From positions 36,135,255 through 36,199,254 of the forward strand of contig NC_068986.1 of the NCBI RefSeq assembly GCF_001194135.2: DNA of 64,000 nucleotides. Direction: 5' to 3'. Shown piece by piece: positions 13,103-24,732 of this stretch (the stretch's first letter is position 1; each line of letters starts with the position of its first letter). Both the position numbers and the translations under genes were made by a program. A model generated the notes under the pieces. It was not told the DNA's origin. It saw only the letters and a program-made list of their open reading frames with translations, and made no database searches. Origin of the DNA: Octopus bimaculoides. Taxonomy: Eukaryota.

Positions 13103-13472
13103 TTTCAAATTTTGGCACAAGGCCAGCAAGTTCGGGGGAAGTGATAAGTCGACCCCGGTGCTCATCTGGTACTTATTTTATCGATCCTCAAATGATGAAA
13201 GCCAAAGATGAGCTTGGCAGAACTTCAACTCAAGACGTGAAGACTGAAGAAATGACGCTAAGCATTCTACCCGGCGTGCTAATGGTTCTGTCAACTCGCC
13301 GGCTTGATGATGATAATAATAATTATAGTAACTGACTAGTACCATAATTTATCCTTTACTGGATGAAAGGCCAAATTGACTTTAGACGGATTTGAATTCA
13401 GACCTTGAAGATCTGGATCAATTATTATAAGCACTTTTCACGAAACTCTAATGGTTCTACCATCTCACCACT
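13103..13472 (-). mobile_element. Two adjacent decayed family-A-like SINE copies (about 13103-13307 and 13335-13472)
   Basis: Both show the GGATGAAAG(G)C(C)AAA ... GAA(T/C)TT(G/C)AA(C/T)TCA core shared with family A. Confidence 0.7.
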
Positions 13473-14071
13473 AGCAACAAAATTACCATTTTGTTAACTA
13501 TTAATTACTTCTTTTTCCTTATTGATATAAATCATGAAGTTTAACTCAGTGACAGATATCTTTCATGAAGATTTTGAGAACTGTTTATCAAAATACAAGG
13601 TCAACATTACGTGAATTCCAATAACGACCTCGATGACTAATGTTTAATATAATATAGTGTTGGAAACATTTCTATTCAATATAAATAGCAAATTGTTTTC
13701 TAGAGACAATCCAAAACTGTTTTTATCTACTAGAATATTTCTGGTTTTCAATGAAAAAGCACAAACGAATCTTTAAACTCAATCGAAAAAGGGAACCTCT
13801 ATGTTGCCACACTTCCTACTAGAAATAGTTAGGACGTTTACATCAGAAATCACGCTACCACCAGTCCAGGATGCCACTATGAAAGTAAGGTAATCATGTT
13901 TTACGACTAATACAATAAAAAATAGCAAAGTCATTAAAACAGGACAAAACGCTTGCTGTATTTCTTCACGCATTCTTTACTCAGATCCAACGAAGATAAA
14001 CATTGGCTTTATTTCTTGGAAGTCGATGAATTACATACCAGTCAATATTGCAGTCGATGTTTTGTTCTTCC

Positions 14072-14142
<71 letters not shown>

Positions 14143-15926
14143 TTACACGCACACTTTCTCTTTCCCCTTTTTCTCACTCTTTCAGAATTTACTACGCTGC
14201 CATCAAAGCTGGCCATACGCACCAGAGAAACCAAATAATGTATAGGGAGCTAAGATCGCTTTGTGCCGTATAATATTGATTGTGATTAAATTTCGATTGT
14301 AGCAAAATCCTTAATGTAACTAAAGGCACGATTTTCAAAGAACATAAGAAAGACTCCCATCCACCCTCAAAAAGTGAAGAAAAATGGATAAACTTTTTTT
14401 AAAAACCTAGCCTTAGTACCCATCAGCCGATGAAGAACTGCTGTATGTACAAAGCTCTACCAGTAACAGAAAATTGAATTATCAACTGAAATAGTGTGAT
14501 TACTTTAAGCAAAAATTGTAAGAAAGTGGCGAATGTTGTAGGACCGGTATAAGGCATTGAATACTCGGGCGAGTGGTTCCACTGTTATCGGGACGTGGGA
14601 GACCACTCGAAGCTTCTGTTATATGAGAAATGCTAGGAGTTCATAATGACGTCATGAATATCTAGAGAACCCGGGAGAGACAACCATACTCCGTGAGCTG
14701 ACTGTTGCAGATGATTTTTGAGCTGTTCATAAAAGAACGCCTTTCAGGGAACTAAAAAGCATCTTCATGAAGTTTTTCTTGATAGACTCATTCTTTATCA
14801 TAGCGATATTCGAACGAGATGATTGTCTTTCATACGTCTATGTAATTTTGTAAGACATTCTTGATTTATTGCATTTTATATAAGCTGCCAAATTAATTTC
14901 TTCATTTACTACATCACAACAATAGAGTCAAATCTTACATCCCATTTTTTAAATTTTTAATGTCGGGAAAACAGTCTTAGAAATATCGTTCGAATAAGAA
15001 CTGGATAAACAAACTCGGAATGCATTTGATTAATGTTCTGCTTCGTCATTGTTATCTCAGGGCTAAATAATAACTTGTGTGCCTAATGAAAGATTTACAG
15101 ATTAATAACATTTCAAGGGTTGACTTTATTTGCCATTGTTATGGTTGCATTTAATTGCGTCTTTGAACGAAAATGAAAAGCATTAATTATAGCCAGATTT
15201 TCAAAGTTCATTTAATCCTTTCTCAAACGAAGTTTGATCAGATACTAACGTAACGAAGTGATTTATAATTTAATTTTCCAGTTTACTTCTGTCTAATATT
15301 TGACATAGACATAATTATCACAAAATTGAATTATAAATATCTATAACATCATTTATATATCTGCAATAATCTGTGGATCTACTTAAAACTGTGTCTTGTG
15401 CTTCACAATCGTCTTGAGCAGATACGTATTTCTGAAGATTCTATGATTTATTAAACTATTCTATATATTGAACATCTTGTGCGAATCTTCGTTTTAAGAA
15501 ATTTCTTCTCATAATTCCTTTCCCGTAATCTATATAATATATATTAATGTGTAAACCTAAGAATTCAATATTATACAACTATTAAACTTATGTATACTTG
15601 CGGTTATATATGTTTACTTTTTTGGAAACTAATATTAATTGATGAGTTCTAATAAGGGAGAAACGCTTTCCGTTTTGTTACCTTACCAAAGATCTGATTT
15701 AATCCCGACCGCATATTACTTTAATTAGAATTTTGGGAATTATCACACCTGTCATCTTATACCACAGACGATTGTAAACTTAGAGGTAAGATATTCTAGC
15801 TAAAGAATTTCTTATAAGTCATGATATTTACATTTATTTGCAACATCTTCGCTGAAGTTGTTTATGTGATGTTAACAAAGACGGACAAATCATTTTGATA
15901 TATCATTTTGCGGCCCTGTTGTGATT

Positions 15927-16110
15927 CAGCTTGACAACCGATGTTGGTGTGTTTATGTCCCCGAAACTTAGCAGTTCGGCAAAAAGAAAACCATGGAATA
16001 AGTACTAGGCTTACAATGAATAAGTCCTGGGGTTGATTTCTTCGACTAAATGTGGTGCTCCAGCATGGCCACAGTCAAATGACTGATCCGTGTAAAAGAG
16101 TAGAATAGAT
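15927..16110 (+). mobile_element. SINE family B tail
   Basis: GCTTGACAACCGATGTTGGTGTGTTTATGTCCCC ... GTTCGGCAAAAAG ... AATAAGTCCTGGGGTTGATTT ... CCAGCATGGCCACAGTCAAATGACTGA. A similar older tail lies at about 216-375 after (TATG)n. Confidence 0.75.
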
Positions 16111-16655
16111 ATCAATTATAAATATCTTTGAAATGTTAGAATTTCAGCAGAGTTCATGTAATATAATCTATATGAAACAAATAGAAAATGAATTTACCAG
16201 TGAAAAAAACAAAAAACAAACTCTTTTCACTGAATCATCCCCAAGAGATCAGATTAGGAATACGTAAAGATGCTCATCTAATTACAACATACTTGTAGGT
16301 TTAAGAGCTGGAATGTAGTGCTGTACAGTTCTGAAAACGGTTTTTGGTAGTTCATTTAGATTTATCACTATCACTGTATCAGTGGGGCCGTTAAAACATA
16401 GATGATGATGATGCTTGTGTGTGTGTGTGTNNNNNNNNNNNNNNNNNNNNNNNNNNNNNNNNNNNNNNNNNNNNNNNNNNNNNNNNNNNNNNNNNNNNNN
16501 NNNNNNNNNNNNNNNNNNNNNNNNNNNNNNNNNNNNNNNNNNNNNNNNNNNNNNNNNNNNNNNNNNNNNNNNNNNNNNNNNNNNNNNNNNNNNNNNNNNN
16601 NNNNNNNNNNNNNNNNNNNNNNNNNNNNNNNNNNNNNNNNNNNNNNNNNNNNNNN

Positions 16656-16689
<34 letters not shown>

Positions 16690-17480
16690 TAGTGTGTATG
16701 TATGTGTGTTTGTATGCGCGTGTGTGGTGTAAACAAGTACAATTTTGACCATAATACCCACTGCGTTTCAAAAGTTTAAACTTTCCTTCACGTGGAAGAC
16801 AAACAACTACAGAATAAACTTCTTATTAGAAACAAAGTAGTAGTGTTTTATTTCATATATAGAGTTTCTAAAATATCATAAATAGAAACCATGATAGATA
16901 TACAAAGACAAAATGTGAAGAATATATCGTAATATCTGGTTTCTAAAAATACTTAAATGAAATATATAAAAGGCAAATGGAAAACAACTAGCGTTAACTA
17001 ACCATCAAAGCTATGTGGTAAAAAGAAACGTCTCCAAGCAATGGGACTGACAGTTTCTTATTAGAAGAGAGTAAACAAAAGCAAGGATTTATGTTTCATT
17101 AGAGTAGCCTATAAATAAAACTATAGAATTCAATCAGAAACAAACAAACAAAACAAAAGGCAGCTACAATGACAGGAGTGATACGCTTCTTTAACGAAGA
17201 TCGCTAACGAAGGCAGGATGGGTGCGGTTGTCAAATTCGGAATGTATAAGAATGTATGAACGAACATACCGATATTTATGTAACTGGTTTCCGTATATTG
17301 AAGGATCGATATTACCTTTAAGAATCGATAATTGGGAGACTGGCTAAATGGCTTGGCATCAGTATTTCGATATTGTTTGTGATTTGGTTAGAAATTTATC
17401 TCTAGAAAGATTGGACACGTACACAACTAATATTATGCGATGGACAGAAGAGTATTCTTGATGTTGTTCAGCTTCGTTGC

Positions 17481-17531
<51 letters not shown>

Positions 17532-17921
17532 ACGCGCGCGCACAGAGAGAGAGAGAGGGGGGGAGAGAGAAAGGGTAAGTTGCATACATACAAAGATATA
17601 GAAAGTAAATATATATGTACGAATGTGTGTTTGTGTGTGTATTTCTGTATATATATATATATATANNNNNNNNNNNNNNNNNNNNNNNNNNNNNNNNNNN
17701 NNNNNNNNNNNNNNNNNNNNNNNNNNNNNNNNNNNNNNNNNNNNNNNNNNNNNNNNNNNNNNNNNNNNNNNNNNNNNNNNNNNNNNNNNNNNNNNNNNNN
17801 NNNNNNNNNNNNNNNNNNNNNNNNNNNNNNNNNNNNNNNNNNNNNNNNNNNNNNNNNNNNNNNNNNNNNNNNNNNNNNNNNNNNNNNNNNNNNNNNNNNN
17901 NNNNNNNNNNNNNNNNNNNNN

Positions 17922-17992
<71 letters not shown>

Positions 17993-18427
17993 ATATATGT
18001 ACATACGTATATGTATATATATATATATATATGTACATATATGTACAGATATATATGTACATGCATGTGTATATATATATATATATATAACTACCTCTGT
18101 CTTGCTAATCTATAGAATGATTTAGTTTCAGGTTGAACTTCTGTGTAATTTTAACTTTTGCAATCAATACTGTAACGATACCAGTAACAAGAAAACCATC
18201 CTCATCAATAGTCACTACATTATCTACTAAAGCCCAAAGACTAGTATACAATTGTTTAATAATCCTATTTGTAAATATCCATTGTCAACAGCCTCAGGTC
18301 AAACACTTCACTAAGTGATATCTCGAAAAATAGCGTGTATCAGCTTTACAGTTGTTTAGATGCTTTAACAAAACTGATAAACAGAATTATCTTAATTTAC
18401 TTCAGGTTTTGCATGATCTCAAGCTGA

Positions 18428-18575
18428 GGCTGTGTCGTTGGAAGCTGTCTTCCCAAACGTGTGGCCTCGAGTTCAGTCTCATTGTGCAGCATTTTGGACG
18501 AGTTTCATCCAGTATATAGCACAGGACACAATAAATGCTTGTAAGTGGATTTGGTAAATGGAGGCTGAAAGTTTC
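18428..18575 (+). mobile_element. SINE family B head followed by a compound microsatellite
   Basis: GGCTGTGTCGTTGGAAGC ... GAGTTCAGTCTC ... CTTGTAAGTGGATTTGGTAAATGGAGGCTGAAAG, then (TG)(TC)(TA)n. Confidence 0.65.
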
Positions 18576-18603
18576 CCATCTTGTGTGTGTGCGTGTGTGC
18601 GTA

Positions 18604-18663
<60 letters not shown>

Positions 18664-21443
18664 GATAGCAAGCAGACACGCAGTGATAACACGACCGCCT
18701 TTGCACATGTCGTATCGAATGGATAAAATTCGTTTCGCCCGGAGTTTAACTTCCAGATGCAATCGACATAATTTTTATCACTTTGTTACATTATCCATTT
18801 GGTGAAGCGGCGACGACTGGACTCCGTTTCCAGTGAATTTATTACACGGTGGATGTGAACAAAAGCCAGTTGCTCGACCAATCTCCATGACAGTAAGTTT
18901 TTTTAGAAACAACAGTGCTCTGGTGTTCAATTTTATTATGTATCAATTACGCCTTAGATAAGCCCACTAGAAACAGCAGACAATTCTTCAAATCATCTGT
19001 GAATGTCTTTAATAAATGAAATCACACATAATTGAAGAGGAATATATTTTGCTTGTAAAAGTAAATGGATGGTTGTAGCTAAAATATGTCATTAATACTT
19101 AGCCTGCTTAGTACTGACAATAATAACAAGCAGTCGTATGAGGATCTACGTGTTTTTACGTTTTTCAATCCATGTATATGTAGTTCCGATTGTGTCAGCA
19201 GATGTGTGTCTTCCATCTTTACGGTTGAATTAGATGAAAGCATGAAATATATAGCTATTAGTTTCTTACTCTATATAATTCTAATACATATTCTTTTCTT
19301 TCTTACCCCTTGTTCTAGTCATTGAACAGAAGAAATCATGCTAGGATTTATCAATTCAGTACCAATTCTTTCCTTTTTCGTTTCTTTTTTTTTTTTTTTT
19401 NNNNNNNNNNTTTTTTTTTTTTGTTTAGTTTAGTAGGTACCTATGTTTCAATCCACGAGTTTGATAAGATGTAAAATGTGGTGGGAATCAATCACAGACA
19501 TGTACACGCGCTCAAGTTTCCGCACAGATTATTTTTTACTAACTTACATCACAATGTCTTAGGCAGCCAAGGCCCAAGTTGAACTGAACCAGTAGCCTCG
19601 TGTTTGCGAAGCGGACTTCTTAACAATATCATGATGATATGGAGTATAGACCGAGATTGTTAAACCTATCGATTATAAACTCCAAATCGGTCGGATTTCA
19701 GTAAAATTAATCACTTCCTTCTGTAGAAAACAAGAAATGTTTTGAGCTCTGAATGTGTAACAATAAATATTTAGTGGGGCTGCTTCACTAGATCTCAAAC
19801 GAAACAAAGAAGTTTCAAGTGTAGATATAGCATGCTTGATTCCCGTCCTCCTCTGACTTTTACCGAAACATGGTGTAAATATTTTTACATCTACAATAAA
19901 TAACAACGTGGCTTAAAAATGATTTTACTGAATATTAATATTAGTTCTTTGATATCAGAGCTGAAGTAGTAATAATAGAAATCCGTGCTGAGAAATCTTT
20001 GTTCAATATAAAATAGCTTAATAAAAACGTAAGTCTAAAAATATCAGAATTAAGATTAAAAATAGGATTTTCACCGTCAGAACTGTCAGTGTAAATGTTA
20101 TTTATGGGTTAAATATTCTATCTTTTATTACAGTATTATTCAAAAGTTATAATCCACATTAATGCATATTAGTGTATTTACCGATTATTTTCCGATTTAT
20201 CTTAAATACTAGAAAATCTACTATTCATTCAAAATAATTTAATCACAATACAAATGTTTTTACTAACACTCTAAAATGCTGCCATTTTATGTCATCGATG
20301 CAGGAGATGCAGTTTATACAATTCCGATTTCTGGTTACATTCATTTAAATTTAACCTGAGAAAACAATAGAACAGTTCTTTTATTTTAGTCTATTCACAG
20401 AAAGGTCACGCACTCCAGTGTAATATAACTATACCCGTCACTAATATAGGCAACTCATGTGTCACAAAGTTAGGATCGCATCTGATTGGAGCTAAAGTCG
20501 TGGGCGGTTTCTCCCTATGTTGACTCACTCAGTACTAAATTGAATTATACATGCATACGAACACGGGTATCGAATTTTGTTGTTAACGCCATTCATGTTG
20601 GTAATACCTTTGAGAATTATGTAAGGTCCACGACGTATATTTCGCGTAAAACCTTTGGTAATTATCTCACATCAAAAAGGAATTGAATCTTTTCTTCAAT
20701 GTCATACCACGATTTGGAAGGTGAATATGTAAATGTGAGTTAAATTGATAACTGAAGTAAATTATATTTCAACTAGACTAAGAAGTGTTCAGACACATAG
20801 GAAATATTGAGTATTTTGAGAGAAATTTAAGAAATTATATAAACAGTACTACTTCCATTTTATATTCAGATAGGTCAATGTATTTCACACACAATAATTT
20901 TTTTTTCTCTACCTGTCAAATGATTTATGTACAATTGTTCCGAGAAAAAACAACAAACAGTAACACCCTCTCTTTTAGGACACAACGTCTTTCAAATCAC
21001 TTTGAATAATGGTGTATTTTGAGTTTATATTTTATCCGATTTTCAAATGATCAATGCAAAGGTTAAAGATGCTTGGAAACAAAACAAAATTCTATTTACT
21101 CTCCTTATGTAATGCGTTAGAAAGTTAAAAATGGCAATTTTGTTAAAGAAATTTTATAAGATAAAAAAATCATCCCTTTATATGTACTTTGAACATAAAA
21201 AAACAATCTTTTTCAAGCGTAACTTTTCGGAATATAACGTAGTTTCCGAAATGCGTAACGTAATTTTCTCGTAACGAACCACAAAAAAATATTCAGAATT
21301 AGAAATTCAGCTCATTTAGTCGCATTTCATATTACTCTGTTCTTATGTAAAAGATTGTAAATTCTACCTGCCATCAACACAAAGACGAAAGGCTAATCAT
21401 CAAGTGGTGCAAAAAAAAAAAGAAAAGAATGTATGTGTGTGTA

Positions 21444-21476
<33 letters not shown>

Positions 21477-22246
21477 ATATATATATGTGGGGGGGGGGGG
21501 TGCGTGTGTGTGTATGTGGTGTGTGTGGTGTGTATGTGTATGTGTGTGTATAAAGAATGAATGACTTAGAAAGAAGTCACTGAAATTTTTATATTTTTCA
21601 GAATCCCTAGCAAATAAAAACGTCTTGATAGAAGTGAAAATATTTCCAATACCACGCAAAACTGAAGCTGCAAAATATAATGTAGTATTAAGCAAAAAAA
21701 AAAAAACAAAAAACAAATGAACAAATTCGTTTATGTGAATACAGATATATTTGTCAATTTGCGATCCACAAACTTTCGGGCACAGACGCCTGGGTGTTGC
21801 TATCTGTCAACTTACTTTTCTCGCGCGCCTAAACTAATTCTACACCCTTTCGAAATGGAAAAGAAATTGCTAGCTAACACGTCATTCTTCGAGACAATGA
21901 CTGCGTCATTTTGATTGCAGGGATTATAAAACAATTTCACAAGTCGCTGAAACATATTAAGATGTCATCATATAATGTAATAAATGTAATTAGTATTATG
22001 GCTATACTAATTAGGCGCGTCTTTGTGTAATAAATAAAACCATAATATGAAAAGAGTAGCGCTGACCTAGTCAAGCGCTAGGAGATTTACTATCAGAATG
22101 CACATCGTTTGATATAACATCAGAATTTCTTTTCGCAGAAAAATGAATGAAATTAGAAAGGAACGCTTCTAAGAATGCAGCAAGTTTAGAAAACCTTTAT
22201 ATTTCGGGAGCAAGGGCCTGTTCTCAGAAGAAATGAGTATTTACAT

Positions 22247-22540
22247 CAGTAACTCTCAACCAGGGTCCTTATGGCCCCTGAGAGTTCATATAACATTAAG
22301 GGGGGAGCCACGTTTCACAATACTATTTTAAGGGCTTCTGAAAAAATTTTGCCTTAGATGTATGTATTGATGGGTATTGTCAGAGTTCAGTCTAAACAAG
22401 CTAATGTGTGAAATACAAAACAGGAATTTTGAATGAACATTCTATAAAATTGATTTTTAAACATCAATGCCTATGAGGATACACCTGAATAAAATCATAG
22501 TCAAAAACGACCGTAAATAAAAAATGTTTGAGAACCCCTA
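22247..22540. mobile_element. hAT-family (Charlie-like) MITE with 8-bp TSD
   Basis: Termini CAGTAACTCTCAAC ... GTTTGAGAACCCCTA. Flanks ATTTACAT (22239-22246) and AATTACAT (22541-22548) match at 7/8 positions, and an 8-bp TSD is diagnostic of hAT. Confidence 0.75.
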
Positions 22541-23679
22541 AATTACATAGATCCTGCCATTTTGGGTCGTTCGGTGCTTCTGCAAGTAGCGGCAGCTCCC
22601 TAAACGCTGGTGAAGATGGTGTTGTCGGCGTCACATTGGGTACGGTGGAGACTGACTGTAAGTTGGCAGCAGCGGTGGTGAATACTGTGGTAGTAGTAGT
22701 AGTAGTAGCTGTCGGGGCTGGTGTTGTCTAAGTCTGCGTAGTTGGTGATTGTGGCAGTTATGAATGTCGTGGAGGTAGTTGGTGATGCTGGTAGATGGTG
22801 CTACATGTTTCTGTCGTAGGTAAAAGTTGTGATTGGGTGTGTGGTGGTGGCGAATATGGTAATGGTAAATAATAGCGTTAGTCTACGTCATAGTGACGAA
22901 GGTGTTGACCGTGCTCGCAGTGATGTAGGAAGTGTTTGGTAGTTTAGTCGATTGTATCAAATATGGGACTAATGCGAATTCTGTACTTATTTTATCGCAA
23001 GTGTCGTTAATATTACGAGAATTACATGCAAACATGGATTCAGACAAGAATGTACTGATATAACATTGGTATTTTCTTTATCGAAATTCCATTCACAATT
23101 TTTAATCAATATTGTAGTTAATTTAAGGCAATTGAAGACAAACGCCAAAGGTGCAATACTGTGGAATGAAACCGAAATCACGAGCTTGTAAACGAAATTA
23201 TTGACCTCACAGCCATTCCTGTGCTTATGTAGCTAGCAATAAAATTCTAATTAACCATGAATCTCTCTGCATTAATGAGAGTTAAACATTCTAGCACCGT
23301 TTAATTTCTGATCAGTCAAGCAGCAGCAAACAATAGAAAATATCAGCTAATTAAAATTGCAATTACGTGGTCATGAGATTTAGAATTTGACATAAACATA
23401 GATAAAAGCCTTCAGATAATCACACACAAACACATAACATATGTGATTGCTTGAGCTACAAGATATAGGAGCTGAGGTTATTTACTATTTTTTTCTACTA
23501 TACCTTCACTGACTAAATACTAAATACAAAGAGTCTAGATTTTTAAAATTCCCATGTTTGCTTTAGTAAGACTTCAATCTGATTTACCAGCCTGATCTTC
23601 ATGCAGTTGACTTTCTTATGCTATTTCGCATTAAATGACCAACACTGATAACTGACACTTTGCGTTGACAATTAGACTT

Positions 23680-23742
<63 letters not shown>

Positions 23743-23746
<4 letters not shown>

Positions 23747-24268
23747 AGCCCATACCTCTCTCTATTCCTTCCACGTGACTGGTGTACGGTCAAGCTTGAT
23801 CTGACTTCCTTGGTCCGAGGGCCGCCCGTACAACACCTTATTTTCCTCTCTCCTGATTGCCACAAAGCATTCACCCCACACGCCAGCTCAGCTTATCTTG
23901 CTCTTGTTAGTCAAAACACAGCTGTTGTTATTCTCGTGTTGTTTGTATTTGTAATCGTTTAACATTTTCTCTGTTTTCTCGTTTATTTTTTTAGTCTGTT
24001 GATGCTCTTAGCTTAGATTTTTTGGGCCTAACAATTTTGAACTGTTTCAAGTGCATCAGGCCGAAACTGTAATGCTAATTGTAAAACTGACTGATGAACA
24101 GAAGGCCACGAATGATCTGTCCTGGTTTTTACTGTCCGTCTTTGTATCGTCTATATGTCTGTATGCATTTATTGTCATTCATTGCGTTCTTATTCCGCTT
24201 TTTGGATTTATATATACATATAGTGGCGTACGTACACCTTTTGTTGACCTCATATATATATAATAACA
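23743..24268. mobile_element. Possible solo LTR in a (TA)n tract
   Basis: Starts TGTTAG directly after (TA)n. Ends either at TAACA (24264-24268; TGTTA/TAACA inverted termini) or at ACCTCA before a TA run. No ORF inside. Confidence 0.35.
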
Positions 24269-24347
24269 TAAATAATATATAAAAGACGGAGAGAGGTGGT
24301 ATAGGCAAAAAATAGATGTATTAATTTAACGCTCGGGAAGTGAAAAG

Positions 24348-24385
24348 TCTTTAACATTTCGAGCCTACGCTCTTCCACAGAAAGG
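24348..24385 (-). ncRNA. Degenerate minimal hammerhead-like motif
   Basis: Minus strand reads CTTT-CTGTGGA-A-GAGC-GTAG-GCTC-GAA-ATGT-T-AAAG. Stem I is CTTT/AAAG and stem II is GAGC/GCTC. The core differs from CUGANGA at position 6, and stem III ATGT is one CpG-type change from the palindrome ACGT. Confidence 0.5.
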
Positions 24386-24446
24386 AACATAGAAAGAAAC
24401 AGGGAGAGAAAATAAAGATTGTGTAGTGGCTAGCGATCTATATATA

Positions 24447-24502
<56 letters not shown>

Positions 24503-24513
24503 GATGCATATTA

Positions 24514-24732
24514 TGCGAGAGGGTGTTAAAACATTCCTGGCTTTGGGTAAAAAATACAGGAAGATCAGTTAATTACGATTTTTATGGAACATATTTCACT
24601 CTTAATTCTACACCCTTATTGTAGCAGTCCTTCAGTTTTCCTAAGCACCGTAAAAGAATTTGGAATTTTGGGACGCCAACAAATCCTTTTACAACACCCT
24701 TAAAGCCAGTAACTATTCACTATACCCTCGCA
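24514..24732 (-). mobile_element. Mariner-derived MITE (about 220 bp)
   Basis: Imperfect TIRs TGCGAGAGGGTGTTAAAACATTCCTGGCTTT ... AAAGCCAGTAACTATTCACTATACCCTCGCA. The interior aligns by eye, in reverse, with the copy at 61234-61449. Confidence 0.75.

Noticed and set aside
24050-24085. GCAT-C-AGGCC-GAAA-CTG-TA-ATGC, which could be a hammerhead with a deleted core
   Set aside because: It requires assuming a deletion of the whole CUGAUGA box and half of stem II. Untestable from this window.
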